Shown here one piece after another: positions 1 to 11,461 of a stretch of DNA of 64,000 nt. The DNA lies in assembly GCA_951406725.2 (NCBI GenBank), contig OX597822.1, forward strand, positions 59,210,001-59,274,000. The letters run 5' to 3'. Each line of letters begins with the position of its first letter. Positions within the stretch are counted from its first letter, which is position 1. Origin of the DNA: Octopus vulgaris (Eukaryota). The translations under genes were made by a program, and so were the position numbers. Under the pieces are notes generated by a model. It did no database searches, was not told the origin of the DNA, and saw only the letters and a list, made by a program, of their open reading frames with translations.

Positions 1-869
1 ATACTGCAAATGAGAAGGAAGGAGGTGGTACGGTGGAAGGGTCAGACTTTGGAACTCCTCGTACAGGCAGAGAACAAGATCTTGGAGAGCCTGCCTGACA
101 GAATCTTTAATGAGGACGGTACGTCCATGAGAGTTTCGGTGGAGGGACGTAGGCCCAGATGCTTCAAGTGTGGAGAGAAGGGTCACGTCCGATCCAACTG
201 TATTAAGAAAAAAAGAACAGAAGAAACGCCTACTCCAAGTGTACCTGTCACTGAAGGGGAGGAAACAAGCAAAAACAACAAAATGAAGAAGACAAGTACG
301 GAAACAAAAACAGATTCAATAGAACTAATGGACTACACACAAGTCACTCACAAAAGAAAAAAAGAGAATACCCAGGACTCCCCTCCCCAAACAAGGAAAA
401 AAACAACAAACACAGCAGACACACACACCAAGCAAATCCCCCAACCCTACCCCCATGGCACTGTTTTCATTGGAAAACAGTTTGCCAAACCCCTCCCCAT
501 AAAACAAGATATAAAAAAGTGCATATTGAAAAACGAAAGAATAATAGCTTTCGATGAGAAAAATGAGAAAGTTTACAAATGCTGCAAACTTTCGAGATTT
601 ACACTGTATAGTAGAACCTCAGATGGGAAGGCAACCGCTCGCTTCGCGAAGGTAGGGGAGAACGAGTGGAAGGAGGAGGTTCTTCAGGAACACCTGAGGA
701 ACCGTCTATTAAGAGATGTGACCAAGGAGGTAGTGGAGGGCAAACTGGCAATAACTCCGGCAACCACACCCACCCAGAGCCCAGTGGCAACGCCGGTCAA
801 GAGCCCTGCAGCAACGGAAGAAAGGGAAGCAGACAGATTGAACTGTCATGCTCCCTTTCGCAACCGTGA
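1..869 (+). CDS. ORF1 (gag-like, CCHC zinc knuckle), 3' part, unit 1
   Basis: CFKCGEKGHVRSNC (CX2CX4HX4C). A 1-bp deletion near 841 (GAACTG vs GAAACTG) artificially fuses it to ORF2 in the ORF track (10..2139). Confidence 0.85.
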
Positions 870-897
870 GTACATTCATTTTTCTCTCTCGCCCACA

Positions 898-3800
898 ATG
901 GCTAAGCTGGGTTGTATAAATGTACGTGGAATGGGGTCGAAACGGAAACAAATTTGTTTCCTGAACGACCTCACGACACACGGTATAGATATTGCTATTG
1001 CAACCGAGTCCAAGATGAGCGAGACCCAAACGTTCTCGCCTCTTCTAAATGGTTTCGAGAAATTTATTTCTCCTAGCCGAGGAAGAGGCAGAGGCGTGGC
1101 AGTCTTCATCAGGAAGAGCTTGGACTTGCAGGTAAGTACTGTCTTTCTGGACCCAGAAGGCAGGCTGGTTGTCCTGGATGTGACTCACGTAAGTAAACAG
1201 TCCTTCAGGTTGGGAGCGGTCTACGCCCCGAACGAGGGTAGACAGACGGGTTTTTTTCGGAACCTGGAGCCCTTTCTGGCGACGTCGAAAACAGTAATCC
1301 TAGTAGGGGACTTTAACACTGTCCTTGAAGCGCACATCGACAATGTTGGCTCAACCAATAGGAAGGGGAACCCTAGCCTCAAGGGTCTACTAGAGAGCTT
1401 TGATCTAGTGGACCGTTACCGACTGGATGAGCCGAGCGTTCCACAGTGGACGTGGAGTAACAACGACGGCTCACACAGATCGTATCTAGATAGGATATTT
1501 ATTAAGAAAAGAGATAAGGATACGTTTAGTTGTCCACAATTTCATATTGTACCTTACTCGGATCACAAGTTTGTGACGTGTGAGGTGCAATTAGACAAGT
1601 GTCATAGACAGGGACCCGGGTACTGGAAGCTGAACAAGGCTATTTTGAATTGTGAAGACTTCCGTACCCGGATTAAGGTGTTAGTTCAGAGGGCATTGTG
1701 TGGCACCATCATTAACAATAGATGGTGGCACGCCCTCAAAAGAGCCATCCGTCTAGAGTCCGTCAGATTTAGCAATCAGCTAAGGATAGATAGGGCTAGT
1801 CTAGAGGGCGATTTAGTTAAGAATCTAGACGAGGCAATGGAAGCTGGCTCTGCATCCGGAGTGTTGGCGGCAAGGACGGTATTGTACCGCCACCTTAACT
1901 CCAAACACGAAGGTTGCAGAGTCAGAGCTAAGCTGCGCGCTGGAAAACGAGAAGGTATTAACGTGGCCGGATGGGCCCGTCGTGTGGAGAGTAAGAGAGG
2001 CAATAGAGCCTCAATCAAATCTTTGACTGACGAACAGGGACTAAAGATCTATGGACAGGAGGAGATGCAAAAGTTTCTTCACCAGCATTTCGCTCGCGTG
2101 TTCGGGGGTGGTGGTTCGCTGGATCGGGGAGGGCCTTAAAGGACTTCCTGGCCGGCGGACCGCGGCTCGCGGGGCGTGAGGTGGAGTGCTGTGAAGGAGC
2201 GATCACTCTCGCGGAGATAAAGGAGATACTGGCCGGATGCGCCGGGGAGAAGTCGCCGGGGTTGGATGGTCTGCCCTACGAGTTTTACCAAAGTATGCCG
2301 GACTTGTTCGGGGGAATACTGGCGGGCGTCTACACGAACTGGCAGCAGAATGGGAGAATTCCCAGTTCTGTAAGCCGGGGAGTGGTGACGCTAATCCAGA
2401 AAGACCCGAGCAAGGGGGATAATATTAGTAACTACAGGCCCATAACTCTACTTAATGTAGAGTTAAAGATTCTGGCCAAGGTGTTAGCAAAAAGGTTGAC
2501 GGTTGTCGTGGAGAAACTTGTAGGGAGAGCACAGACATGTGCAATTCCAGGCAGGTCGATCCAGGACAATCTTCACCTTATACGCTACACCTTAGATAGG
2601 GTGGGTAAATTAGCCGGCAAAGGCGGGGTAATGGTTCATTTAGACCAAAGTAAAGCCTTCGATAGGGTAGACCACGGGTACCTGGCGACGGTCCTCGAAG
2701 CGACTGGGCTGGGCCCTGAATTTCGCGGGTGGATCTCCGCTATGTATAGCGGCATCAAGTCCACCGTCCAGATAAACGGTTACCTAACGGAACCGTTTTC
2801 GATCAAGTGTTCAGTGCGTCAGGGGTGCCCCTTGTCACCACTTTTGTACGTATTGGCTCTTGAGCCACTGCTGCGAAAGTTGGAGAGGCTGGGGAGTAAC
2901 TCGGATGAAATCGGAGGTGGGAGGACGGTTACTGCTTATGCGGACGACGTCACCCTCATCGTGTCCAAAGAGGCCCAACTACCTTGTGTAGAGGAGGCTA
3001 TCAGAGGATACGAGGCGGTGGCAGGAGCAAAGGTTAACAAGGACAAGTCGGTTGGCTTGCGCCTCGGCACCTGGAGGAGCAAGCCGATATCGTCCAGTGT
3101 CGTGGGACACTGGACGGATGGCCCTGTTAAGTTGCTGGGAGTTTGGTTTGGACCAGACTCCCAAACGGAGAAGAACTGGAGTGAGGTGACGAGCAAGGTG
3201 GAGGCCATAGTACGGACCTGGTCCGGAAGGTCTCTGTCCTTGAAAGGAAAGGCGGAGGTGGTACAGATGTTCATTGCATCTGTAATCACCTACCGCCTGA
3301 CCGTTGTCCCTTGCCCCGATTCATGGCTTAACAAGTTGGGACGAATCCTTTTCCGCTTTTTGTGGAAAGGAGGAAAGCCACTTGTGAGACGCTCCGTTTG
3401 CTGCCAAGAACCGTTAAAGGGTGGGTTAGGGATGCCTTGGTTGATGATGCGCAGACATGCGTTGAGGCTAAGGCACCTCTGGCACCACCTGGAGGGTGAT
3501 AAGGTGTGGAGTCCGCTGGCAGAGGGATTTTTCCCGAGACCGGCCTCCTTAGTGAAATTTAAACCCGGTTACATCAAAAGATGGAAACTGACTCCATGGC
3601 AAAAGGAGTGCCGACAGGCACTCACGCTGATCCACAGGACGGGCAAGGCCGGCTGCGGAAATACCACCTCGGTATTTTATAAAGGGCTGGTGGAGGCAAA
3701 AAATGACGACGTCCTAGGAGGGGCTCTGGGGTTTGATGAAGACCAGCTCGCCAACCTGTTTAAAAAACTTTCAGGTCGGGGTATTTGGATAATTTCCAAA

Positions 3801-4285
3801 GATCCCTGGCCTGGCAGTGCTACAGGAATGCTTTACCTGTTCGCGAGAAGTTATCGCGGCACGGAGTTCCAGTGCCACCGACGTGTCCAAGGTGCGAGTT
3901 GGACGATGAAACCGTCCAGCACGCTTTTGTTCACTGTCGGAAGTTGTCCGACTTGATAAGTTACGCAGAACACGTGTTATCGCATCTGGGACGAGTACAG
4001 CTGTCGGCTGAGTCTATGATTAAGATGATACCGCCAACTGGACTCTCGAAGGAAGGTGAGGCATGTTTTCACTGCACGGTTGCAGTGGTAAAGGAATGCA
4101 TGTGGAGAACGAGAATGGAAGGAGCCGCGATAGGGTCCTTTGTCTCCGGCCCCAGCTTGCTCACTTACTTCAGATATCATCTGAAGAGCAAAATGGGGCT
4201 GGAGAAGAGGACCTTACCGCGGGGTGTGTACGAGAAAAGATGGAAGGAAGTGGAAAGAAAGGTGGGTGTGAGAAACCCAGCTTGA
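898..4285 (+). CDS. ORF2 APE endonuclease-reverse transcriptase, unit 1 (two 1-bp homopolymer frameshifts, ~2130 and ~3765)
   Basis: Same protein as the intact copies, split across ORFs 10..2139, 2181..3956 and 3785..4285. Confidence 0.9.
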
Positions 4286-4459
4286 CCATGGAGGAGAGAG
4301 AGGAAGTGGAAGCTGCAGGGCCTCATAAATTGCCGGGGTGTAAAAGCGCCAGTGAGACTACAAGTTCACCTACTGTTGGTTGCTATACTAGTTATGCAAA
4401 GGTTATTATTTTATAACGAATTTAAACAAAATTTTTAAACGAATCTCTTAAATGTTTTT

Positions 4460-4570
4460 GTATGTATGTCCTGTATTTGTCCTTCTGTGTATTGATTTTC
4501 ATAATCTTAATAAAGAAATAGCTTATCAAGATGCCATCTCATTATTGCTTTCTTTTTCCGTTTGCGTTGT
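4460..4570 (+). terminator. Polyadenylation signal region at the unit junction (repeated at every junction)
   Basis: TGTA motifs upstream, AATAAA at 4509-4514, CA at 4535-4536, then a T/GT-rich tract at 4542-4570. Confidence 0.65.
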
Positions 4571-4720
4571 GAGAAAATTGCTGCCTCCATTTAAGAGAGT
4601 CGAAGTTGTGATATTATTGTTTGTACTAACTGCTTTGAACAGTGCCCGTTGTGAAACGGTGATTTTCGCCCTACGGGGCAGAAAATTTTGTATTACTTGA
4701 ATTTTGTTACCTTCGAGGTG

Positions 4721-6144
4721 ATGGAGTTCGACTTAACGTCGAAGGACGATTTTCCCGTGATGGGAAAAGGTGAAACCATGGAAAACCCAGTAACCAAACA
4801 GTCATTCTCGGCCGCGGTTGGCGGCGCTATGATAGAGGTCGAATTCAAGATCGAACAGCTGTATGAATACAGGAATCTTGTAAAGGTGGAAGGAGGAGAG
4901 ATAAGGTTGGTACCGCCGCAAGCGAAAGTGCAAGAAATCAAGGAAAGGATTGTAACTTATAAAGTGTATAGCTTTAAGGAAAAAAAGATCATGGACGCGA
5001 AAAACGAAATTGTTGAGAAGTGCCTGTCCCCGGTGTGGGACAGAATTCGTCACATCGCGAGAGGCGCACGTAGTGCTACGGTAGAGGTGCACTTCGACAC
5101 GGCAGAAGTGGCGAAGGAGGTGTCGTCGCTAACCTTAAAAAGCGACGACATCATGTTGTTACCCTCGTATATGGGGAAACGAACTGCAAAGTTAGTGGTG
5201 GATGACATACCCAGAGGGTACGACATCATGTGGGTGGCAGCGGCGGTACTACACAACATGGAGCGGGAAATTTCAATTCTGCAAATGAGAAGGAAGGAAG
5301 TGGTACGCTGGAAGGGTCAGACCTTGGAACTCCTCGTACAGGCAGAGAACAAGATCTTGGAGAGCCTGCCTGACAGAATTTTTAATGAGGATGGCACGTC
5401 CATGAGAGTGTCGGTGGAGGGACGTAGACCCAGATGCTTCAAGTGTGGAGAGAAGGGTCACGTCCGGTCCAACTGCATTAAGAAAAAAAGAATAGAAGAA
5501 TCGCCTCCTCCAAGTGTACCTGTCACTGAAGGGGAGGAAACAAGCAAGAACAACCAAATGAAGAAGACAAGTACGGAAACGAAAACGGATCCAAAAGAAC
5601 CAATGGACTATACACAAGTCACACACAAAAGAAAAAAGAGAACACCCAGGACTCCCCTCCCCAAACAAGGAAAAAAACAACAAACACAGCAGACACACAC
5701 ATTAAACAAATCCCCCAACCCTACCCCCATGGCACTGTTTTCATTGGAAAACAGTTTGCCAAACCCCTCCCCATAAAACAAGACATCAAAAAGTGCATAT
5801 CGAAAAACGAAAGAATTATAGCCTTTGATGAAAAAAATGAAAAAGTTTACAAATGCTGCAAACTCGCGAGATTTCCACTGTATAGTAGAACCTCAGATGG
5901 GAAGGCGACCGCTCGTTTCGCGAAGGTAGGGGAGAACGAGTGGAAGGAGGAGGTTCTTCAGGAACACCTGAGGAACCGTCTTATTAGAGATGTAACCAAG
6001 GAGGTAATGGAGGGTAAACTGGCAATAACCCCGGCAACCACACCCACCCAGAGCCCAGTGGCAACGCCGGTCAAGAACCCTGCAGCAACGGAAGGAAGGG
6101 AAGCAGGCAGATTGAAACTGTCATGCTCCCTCTCGCAACCGTGA
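4721..6144 (+). CDS. ORF1, unit 2 (1-bp A-run frameshift ~5635)
   Basis: ATG at 4721 (MEFDLTSKDD...), zinc knuckle; the conserved stop is at 6142-6144 once the frame is restored. Confidence 0.85.
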
Positions 6145-6172
6145 GTATATACATTTCCTTCTCTCACCCACA

Positions 6173-9100
6173 ATGGCTAAGCTGGGCTGTATAAATGTAC
6201 GTGGAATGGGGTCGAAACGGAAACAAATTTGTTTCCTGAACGACCTCACGACACACAGTGTAGATATTGCTATTGCAACCGAGTCCAAGATGAGCGAGAC
6301 CCAAGCGTTCTCGCCTCTTCTAAATGGTTTCGAGAAATTTATTTCTCCTAGCCGAGGAAGAGGCAGAGGCGTGGCAGTCTTCATCAGGAAGAGCTTGGAC
6401 TTGCAGGTAAGTACTGTCTTTCTGGACCCAGAAGGCAGGCTGGTTGTCCTGGATGTGACTCACGTAAGTAAACAGTCCTTCAGGTTGGTAGCTGTCTACG
6501 CCCCGAACGAGGGTAGACAGACGGGTTTTTTCCGGAACCTGGAGCCCTTTTTAGCGACGTCGAAAACAGTAATCCTAGTAGGGGACTTTAACACTGTCCT
6601 TGAAGCGCACATCGACAGTGTTGGCTCAACCAATAGGAAGGGGAACCCTAGCCTCAAGGGTCTACTAGAGAGCTTTGATCTAGTGGACCGTTACCGACTG
6701 GATGAGCCGAGCGTTCCACAGTGGACGTGGAGTAACAACGACGGCTCACACAGATCGTATCTAGATAGGATATTTATTAAGAAAAGAGATAAGGATACGT
6801 TTAGTTGTCCACAATTTCATATTGTACCTTACTCGGATCACAAATTTGTGACGTGTGAGGTGCAATTAGACAAGTGTCATAGACAGGGACCCGGGTACTG
6901 GAAGCTGAACAAGGCTATTTTGAATTGTGAAGACTTCCGTACCCGGATTAAGGTGTTAGTTCAGAGGGCATTGTGTGGCACCATCATTAACAATAGATGG
7001 TGGCACGCCCTCAAAAGAGCCATTCGTTTAGAGTCCGTCAGATTTAGCAATCAGCTAAGGATAGATAGGGCTAGTCTAGAGGGCGATTTAGTCAAGAATC
7101 TAGACGAGGCAATGGAAGCTGGCTCTGCATCCGGAGTGTTGGCGGCAAGGACGGTATTGTACCGTCACCTTAACTCCAAGTACGAAGGTTGCAGAGTCAG
7201 AGCTAAGCTGCGTGCTGGGAAACGAGAAGGTATTAACGTGGCCGGATGGGCCCGTCGTGTGGAGAGTAAGAGAGGCAATAGAGCCTCAATTAAATCTTTG
7301 ACTGACGAACAGGGACAAAAGATCTATGGACAGGAGGAGATGCAAAAGTTTCTTCACCAGCATTTCGCTCGCGTGTTCGGGGGTGGTGGTTCGCTGGATC
7401 GGGGGAGGGCCTTAAAGGACTTCCTGGCCGGCGGACCGCGGCTCGCGGGGCGTGAAGTGGAGTGCTGTGAGGGAGCGATCACTCCCGCGGAGATAAAGGA
7501 GATACTGGCCGGATGCGCCGGGGAGAAGTCGCCGGGGTTGGATGGTCTGCCCTATGAGTTTTACCAAAGTATGCCGGACTTGTTCGGGGGAATACTGGCA
7601 GGCGTCTACACGAACTGGCAGCAGAATGGGAGAATCCCCAGTTCTGTAAGCCGGGGAGTGGTGACGCTAATCCAGAAAGACCCGAGCAAGGGGGATAATA
7701 TTAGTAACTACAGGCCCATAACTCTACTTAATGTAGAGTTAAAGATTCTGGCCAAGGTGTTAGCAAAAAGGTTGACGGTTGTCGTGGAGAAACTTGTAGG
7801 GAGAGCACAGACATGTGCAATTCCAGGCAGGTCGATCCAGGACAATCTTCACCTTATACGCTACACCTTAGATAGGGTGGGTAAATTAGCCGGCAAAGGT
7901 GGGGTAATGGTCCATTTAGACCAAAGTAAAGCCTTCGATAGGGTAGACCATGGGTACCTGGCGACGGTCCTCGAAGCGACTGGGCTGGGCCCTGAATTTC
8001 GCGGGTGGATCTCCGCTATGTATAGCGGCATCAAGTCCACCGTCCAGATAAACGGTTACCTAACGGAACCGTTTTCGATCAAGTGTTCAGTGCGTCAGGG
8101 GTGCCCCTTGTCACCACTTTTGTACGTATTGGCTCTTGAGCCACTGCTGCGAAAGTTGGAGAGGCTGGGGAGTAACTCGGATGAAATCGGAGGTGGGAGG
8201 ACGGTGACTGCTTACGCGGATGACGTCACCCTCATCGTGTCCAAAGAGGCCCAACTACCTTGTGTGGAGGAGGTTATCAGAGGATACGAGGCGGTGGCAG
8301 GAGCAAAGGTTAACAAGGACAAATCGGTTGGCTTGCGCCTCGGCACCTGGAGGAGCAAGCCGATATCGTCCAGTGTCGTGGGACACTGGACGGATGGCCC
8401 TGTTAAGTTGCTGGGAGTTTGGTTTGGACCAGACTCCCAAACGGAGAAGAACTGGAGCGAGGTGACGAGCAGGGTGGAGGCCATAGTACGGACCTGGTCC
8501 GGAAGGTCTCTGTCCCTGAAAGGAAGGGCGGAGGTGGTGCAGATGTTTATTGCATCTGTAATCACCTACCGCCTGACCGTTGTCCCTTGCCCCGATTCAT
8601 GGCTTAACAAGTTGGAACGAATCCTTTTCCGCTTTTTGTGGAAAGGAAGAAAGCCACTTGTGAGACGATCCGTTTGCTGCCAAGAACCGTTAAAGGGCGG
8701 GTTAGGGATGCCTTGGTTGATGATGCGCAGACATGCGTTGAGGCTAAGGCACCTCTGGCACCACCTGGAGGGTGATAAGGTGTGGAGTCCGCTGGCAGAG
8801 GGATTTTTCCCGAGACCGGCCTCCTTAGTTAATTTTAAACCCGGTTACATCAAAAGATGGAAACTGACTCCATGGCAAAAAGAGTGCCGACAGGCACTCA
8901 CGCTGATCCACAAGACGGGTAAGGCCGGCTGCGGAAATACCACCTCGGTATTTTATAGAGGGCTGGTGGAGGTAAAAAATGACGACGTCCTAGGAGGGGC
9001 TCTGGGGTTTGATGAAGACCAGCTCGCCAACCTGTTTAAAAAACTTTCAGGTCGGGGTATTTGGATAATTTCCAAAGATCCCTGGCCTGGCAGTGCTACA

Positions 9101-9560
9101 GGAATGCTTTACCTGTTCGCGAGAAGTTATCGCGGCACGGAGTTCAGTGCCACCGACGTGTCCAAGGTGCGGGTTGGACGATGAAACCGTCCAGCACGCC
9201 TTTGTTCACTGTCGGAAGTTGTCCGACTTGATAAGTTACGCAGAACACGTGTTGTCCCATCTGGGACGAGTACAGCTGTCGGCTGAGTCTATGATTAAGA
9301 TGATACCGCCAACTGGACTCTCGAAGGAAGGTGAGGCATGTTTCCACTGCACGGTGGCAGTGGTAAAGGAATGCATGTGGAGAACGAGAATGGAAGGAGC
9401 CGCGATAGGGTCCTTCATCTCCGGACCCGGCTTGCTCACTTACTTCAGATATCATCTGAAGAGCAAAATGGGGCTGGAGAAGAGGACCCTGCCGCGGGGT
9501 GTGTACGAGAAAAGATGGAAGGAAGTAGAAAGAAAGGTGGGTGTGAGAAACCCAGCTTGA
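6173..9560 (+). CDS. ORF2 APE-RT, unit 2 (frameshifts ~9040 and ~9146)
   Basis: 1003-aa ORF plus the C-terminal fragment 9093..9560, which carries CPRC...HAFVHC. Confidence 0.9.
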
Positions 9561-10009
9561 TCATGGAGGAGAGAGAGGAAGTGGAAGCTGCAGGGCCTCA
9601 CAAATTGCCGGGGTGTAAAAACGCCAGTGAGACGACAAGGTTACCTACTGTTGTTTGCTATACTAGTTAAGCAAAGGTTAATATTTTTATAACGAATTTA
9701 AACAATTTTTAAACGATTCTCTTAAATGTTTTTGTATGTATGTCCTGTATTTGTCCTTCTGTGTACCGATTTTTATAATCGTAATAAAGAAATAGCTTAT
9801 CAAGATGCCATCTCATTATTGCTTTCTTTTTCCGTTTGCGTTGTGAGAAAATTGCTGCCTCCATTTAAGAGAGTCGAAGTTGTGATATTATTGTTTGTGA
9901 TATTATTGTTTGTACTAACTGCTTTGAACAGTGCCCGTTGTGAAACGGTGATTTTCGCCCTACGGGGCAGAAAATTTTGTATTTTTTGAATTGTGTTACC
10001 TTCGAGGTG

Positions 10010-11433
10010 ATGGAGTTCGACTTGACGTCGAAGGACGATTTTCCCGTGATGGGAAAAGGTGAAACCATGGAAAACCCAGTAACCAAACAGTCATTCTCGG
10101 CCGCGGTAGGCGGCGCTATGATAGAGGTCGAATTTAAGATCGAACAGCTATACGAATACAGGAATCTTGTAAAAGTGGAAGGAGGTGAGATAAGGCTTGT
10201 ACCGCCACAAGCGAAAGTACAAGAAATCAGGGAAAGAATTGTGATTTATAAAGTGTACAGCTTTAAAGAAAAAAAGATTATGGACATGAAAAATGAAATT
10301 GTCGAGAAGTGCCTGTCCCCGGTGTGGGACAGAATTCGTCACATCGCGAGAGGTGCACGCAGTGCTACGGTCGAGGTGCACTTTGACACGGCAGAGGTGG
10401 CGAAAGAGGTGTCGTCGTTAACCCTAAAAAGCGACGACATCATGTTGCTACCCTCGTATATGGGGAAGCGAACTGCAAAGTTAGTGGTAGAAGACATACC
10501 CAGAGGGTACGATATCATGTGGGTGGCAGCGGCGGTCCTGCACAACATGGAACGTGAAATATCCATACTGCAAATGAGAAGGAAGGAGGTGGTACGGTGG
10601 AAGGGTCAGACTTTAGAACTCCTCGTACAGGCAGAGAACAAGATCTTGGAGAGCCTGCCTGACAGAATCTTTAATGAGGACGGTACGTCCATGAGAGTTT
10701 CGGTGGAGGGACGTAGACCCAGATGCTTCAAGTGTGGAGAGAAGGGTCACGTCCGATCCAACTGTATTAAGAAAAAAAGAACAGAAGAAACGCCTCCTCC
10801 AAGTGTACCTGTCACTGAAGGGGAGGAAACAAGCAAAAACAACAAAATGAAGAAGACAAGTACGGAAACAAAAACAGATCAAAAAGAACTAATGGACTAC
10901 ACACAAGTCACTCACAAAAGAAAAAAGAGAATACCCAGGACTCCCCTCCCCAAACAAGGAAAAAAACAACAAACACAGCAGACACACACATCAAGCAAAT
11001 CCCCCAACCCTACCCCCATGGCACTGTTTTCATTGGAAAACAGTTTGCCAAACCCCTCCCCATAAAACAAGACATAAAAAAGTGCATATTGAAAAACGAA
11101 AGAATAATAGCTTTCGATGAGAAAAATGAGAAAGTTTACAAATGCTGCAAACTTTCGAGATTTACACTGTATAGTAGAACCTCAGATGGGAAGGCAACCG
11201 CTCGCTTCGCGAAGGTAGGGGAGAACGAGTGGAAGGAGGAGGTTCTTCAGGAACACCTGAGGAACCGTCTATTAAGAGATGTGACCAAGGAGGTAATGGA
11301 GGGCAAACTGGCAATAACTCCGGCAACCACACCCACCCAGAGCCCAGTGGCAACGCCGGTCAAGAGCCCTGCAGCAACGGAAGAAAGGGAAGCAGGCAGA
11401 TTGAAACTGTCATGCTCCCTTTCGCAACCGTGA
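10010..11433 (+). CDS. ORF1, unit 3 (1-bp A-run frameshift ~10925)
   Basis: ORFs 9977..11065 and 11089..11433 join to give the 474-aa consensus. Confidence 0.85.
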
Positions 11434-11461
11434 GTATATTCATTTTTCTCTCTCGCCCACA

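Larger units (their letters stand above)
1..4539 (+). mobile_element. Tx1-like LINE unit 1 (5' part lies outside the window)
   Basis: 3' part of ORF1, ORF2 and a 3'UTR ending in AATAAA at 4509. The boundary is placed approximately at the TC|ATT motif. Confidence 0.93.
4540..9813 (+). mobile_element. Tx1-like LINE unit 2 (full length, diverged subfamily variant)
   Basis: Complete 5'UTR-ORF1-ORF2-3'UTR, with many private and largely synonymous substitutions relative to the other units. Confidence 0.93.

Noticed and set aside
10-2139. 709-aa ORF1-endonuclease fusion protein in unit 1
   Set aside because: It is caused by a 1-bp deletion (GAACTG vs GAAACTG) unique to this unit plus a G-run deletion; all other units have separate ORFs.
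4288-4416. Short ORF3 (MEEREEVEAAG..., 42 aa) starting 2 nt after the ORF2 stop in good Kozak context
   Set aside because: It is truncated and carries non-synonymous changes in the diverged unit 2, and it has no recognisable motif.
4515-4550. Junction as a U2 snRNA (Keno-like) or 28S R2-site target remnant
   Set aside because: Only CTTATCA (7 nt) matches U2, and the resemblance to TAGCCAAATGCC...ATCTAATTAG needs several gaps. No flanking RNA-gene sequence is present.
4452-4700. 82-aa ORF spanning each junction, and the recurring antisense ORFs inside ORF1/ORF2
   Set aside because: They recur only because the unit is repeated. The junction ORF is disrupted in some units, and none shows homology.
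4290-4720. Self-cleaving ribozyme (hammerhead, HDV-like, twister) or Sm-site snRNA/SL RNA in the inter-unit region
   Set aside because: There is no CTGANGA..GAAA core, I could not build an HDV or twister pseudoknot by eye, and the AATTTT(T)GT motifs are imperfect Sm sites. A covariance search is needed.
5625-5645. Possible programmed -1 frameshift at A_AAA_AAG giving short and long ORF1 forms
   Set aside because: Four units are in frame here, and a similar ~50% A6/A7 split occurs at an unrelated ORF2 A-run. Systematic homopolymer error is the simpler explanation; accurate reads would settle it.
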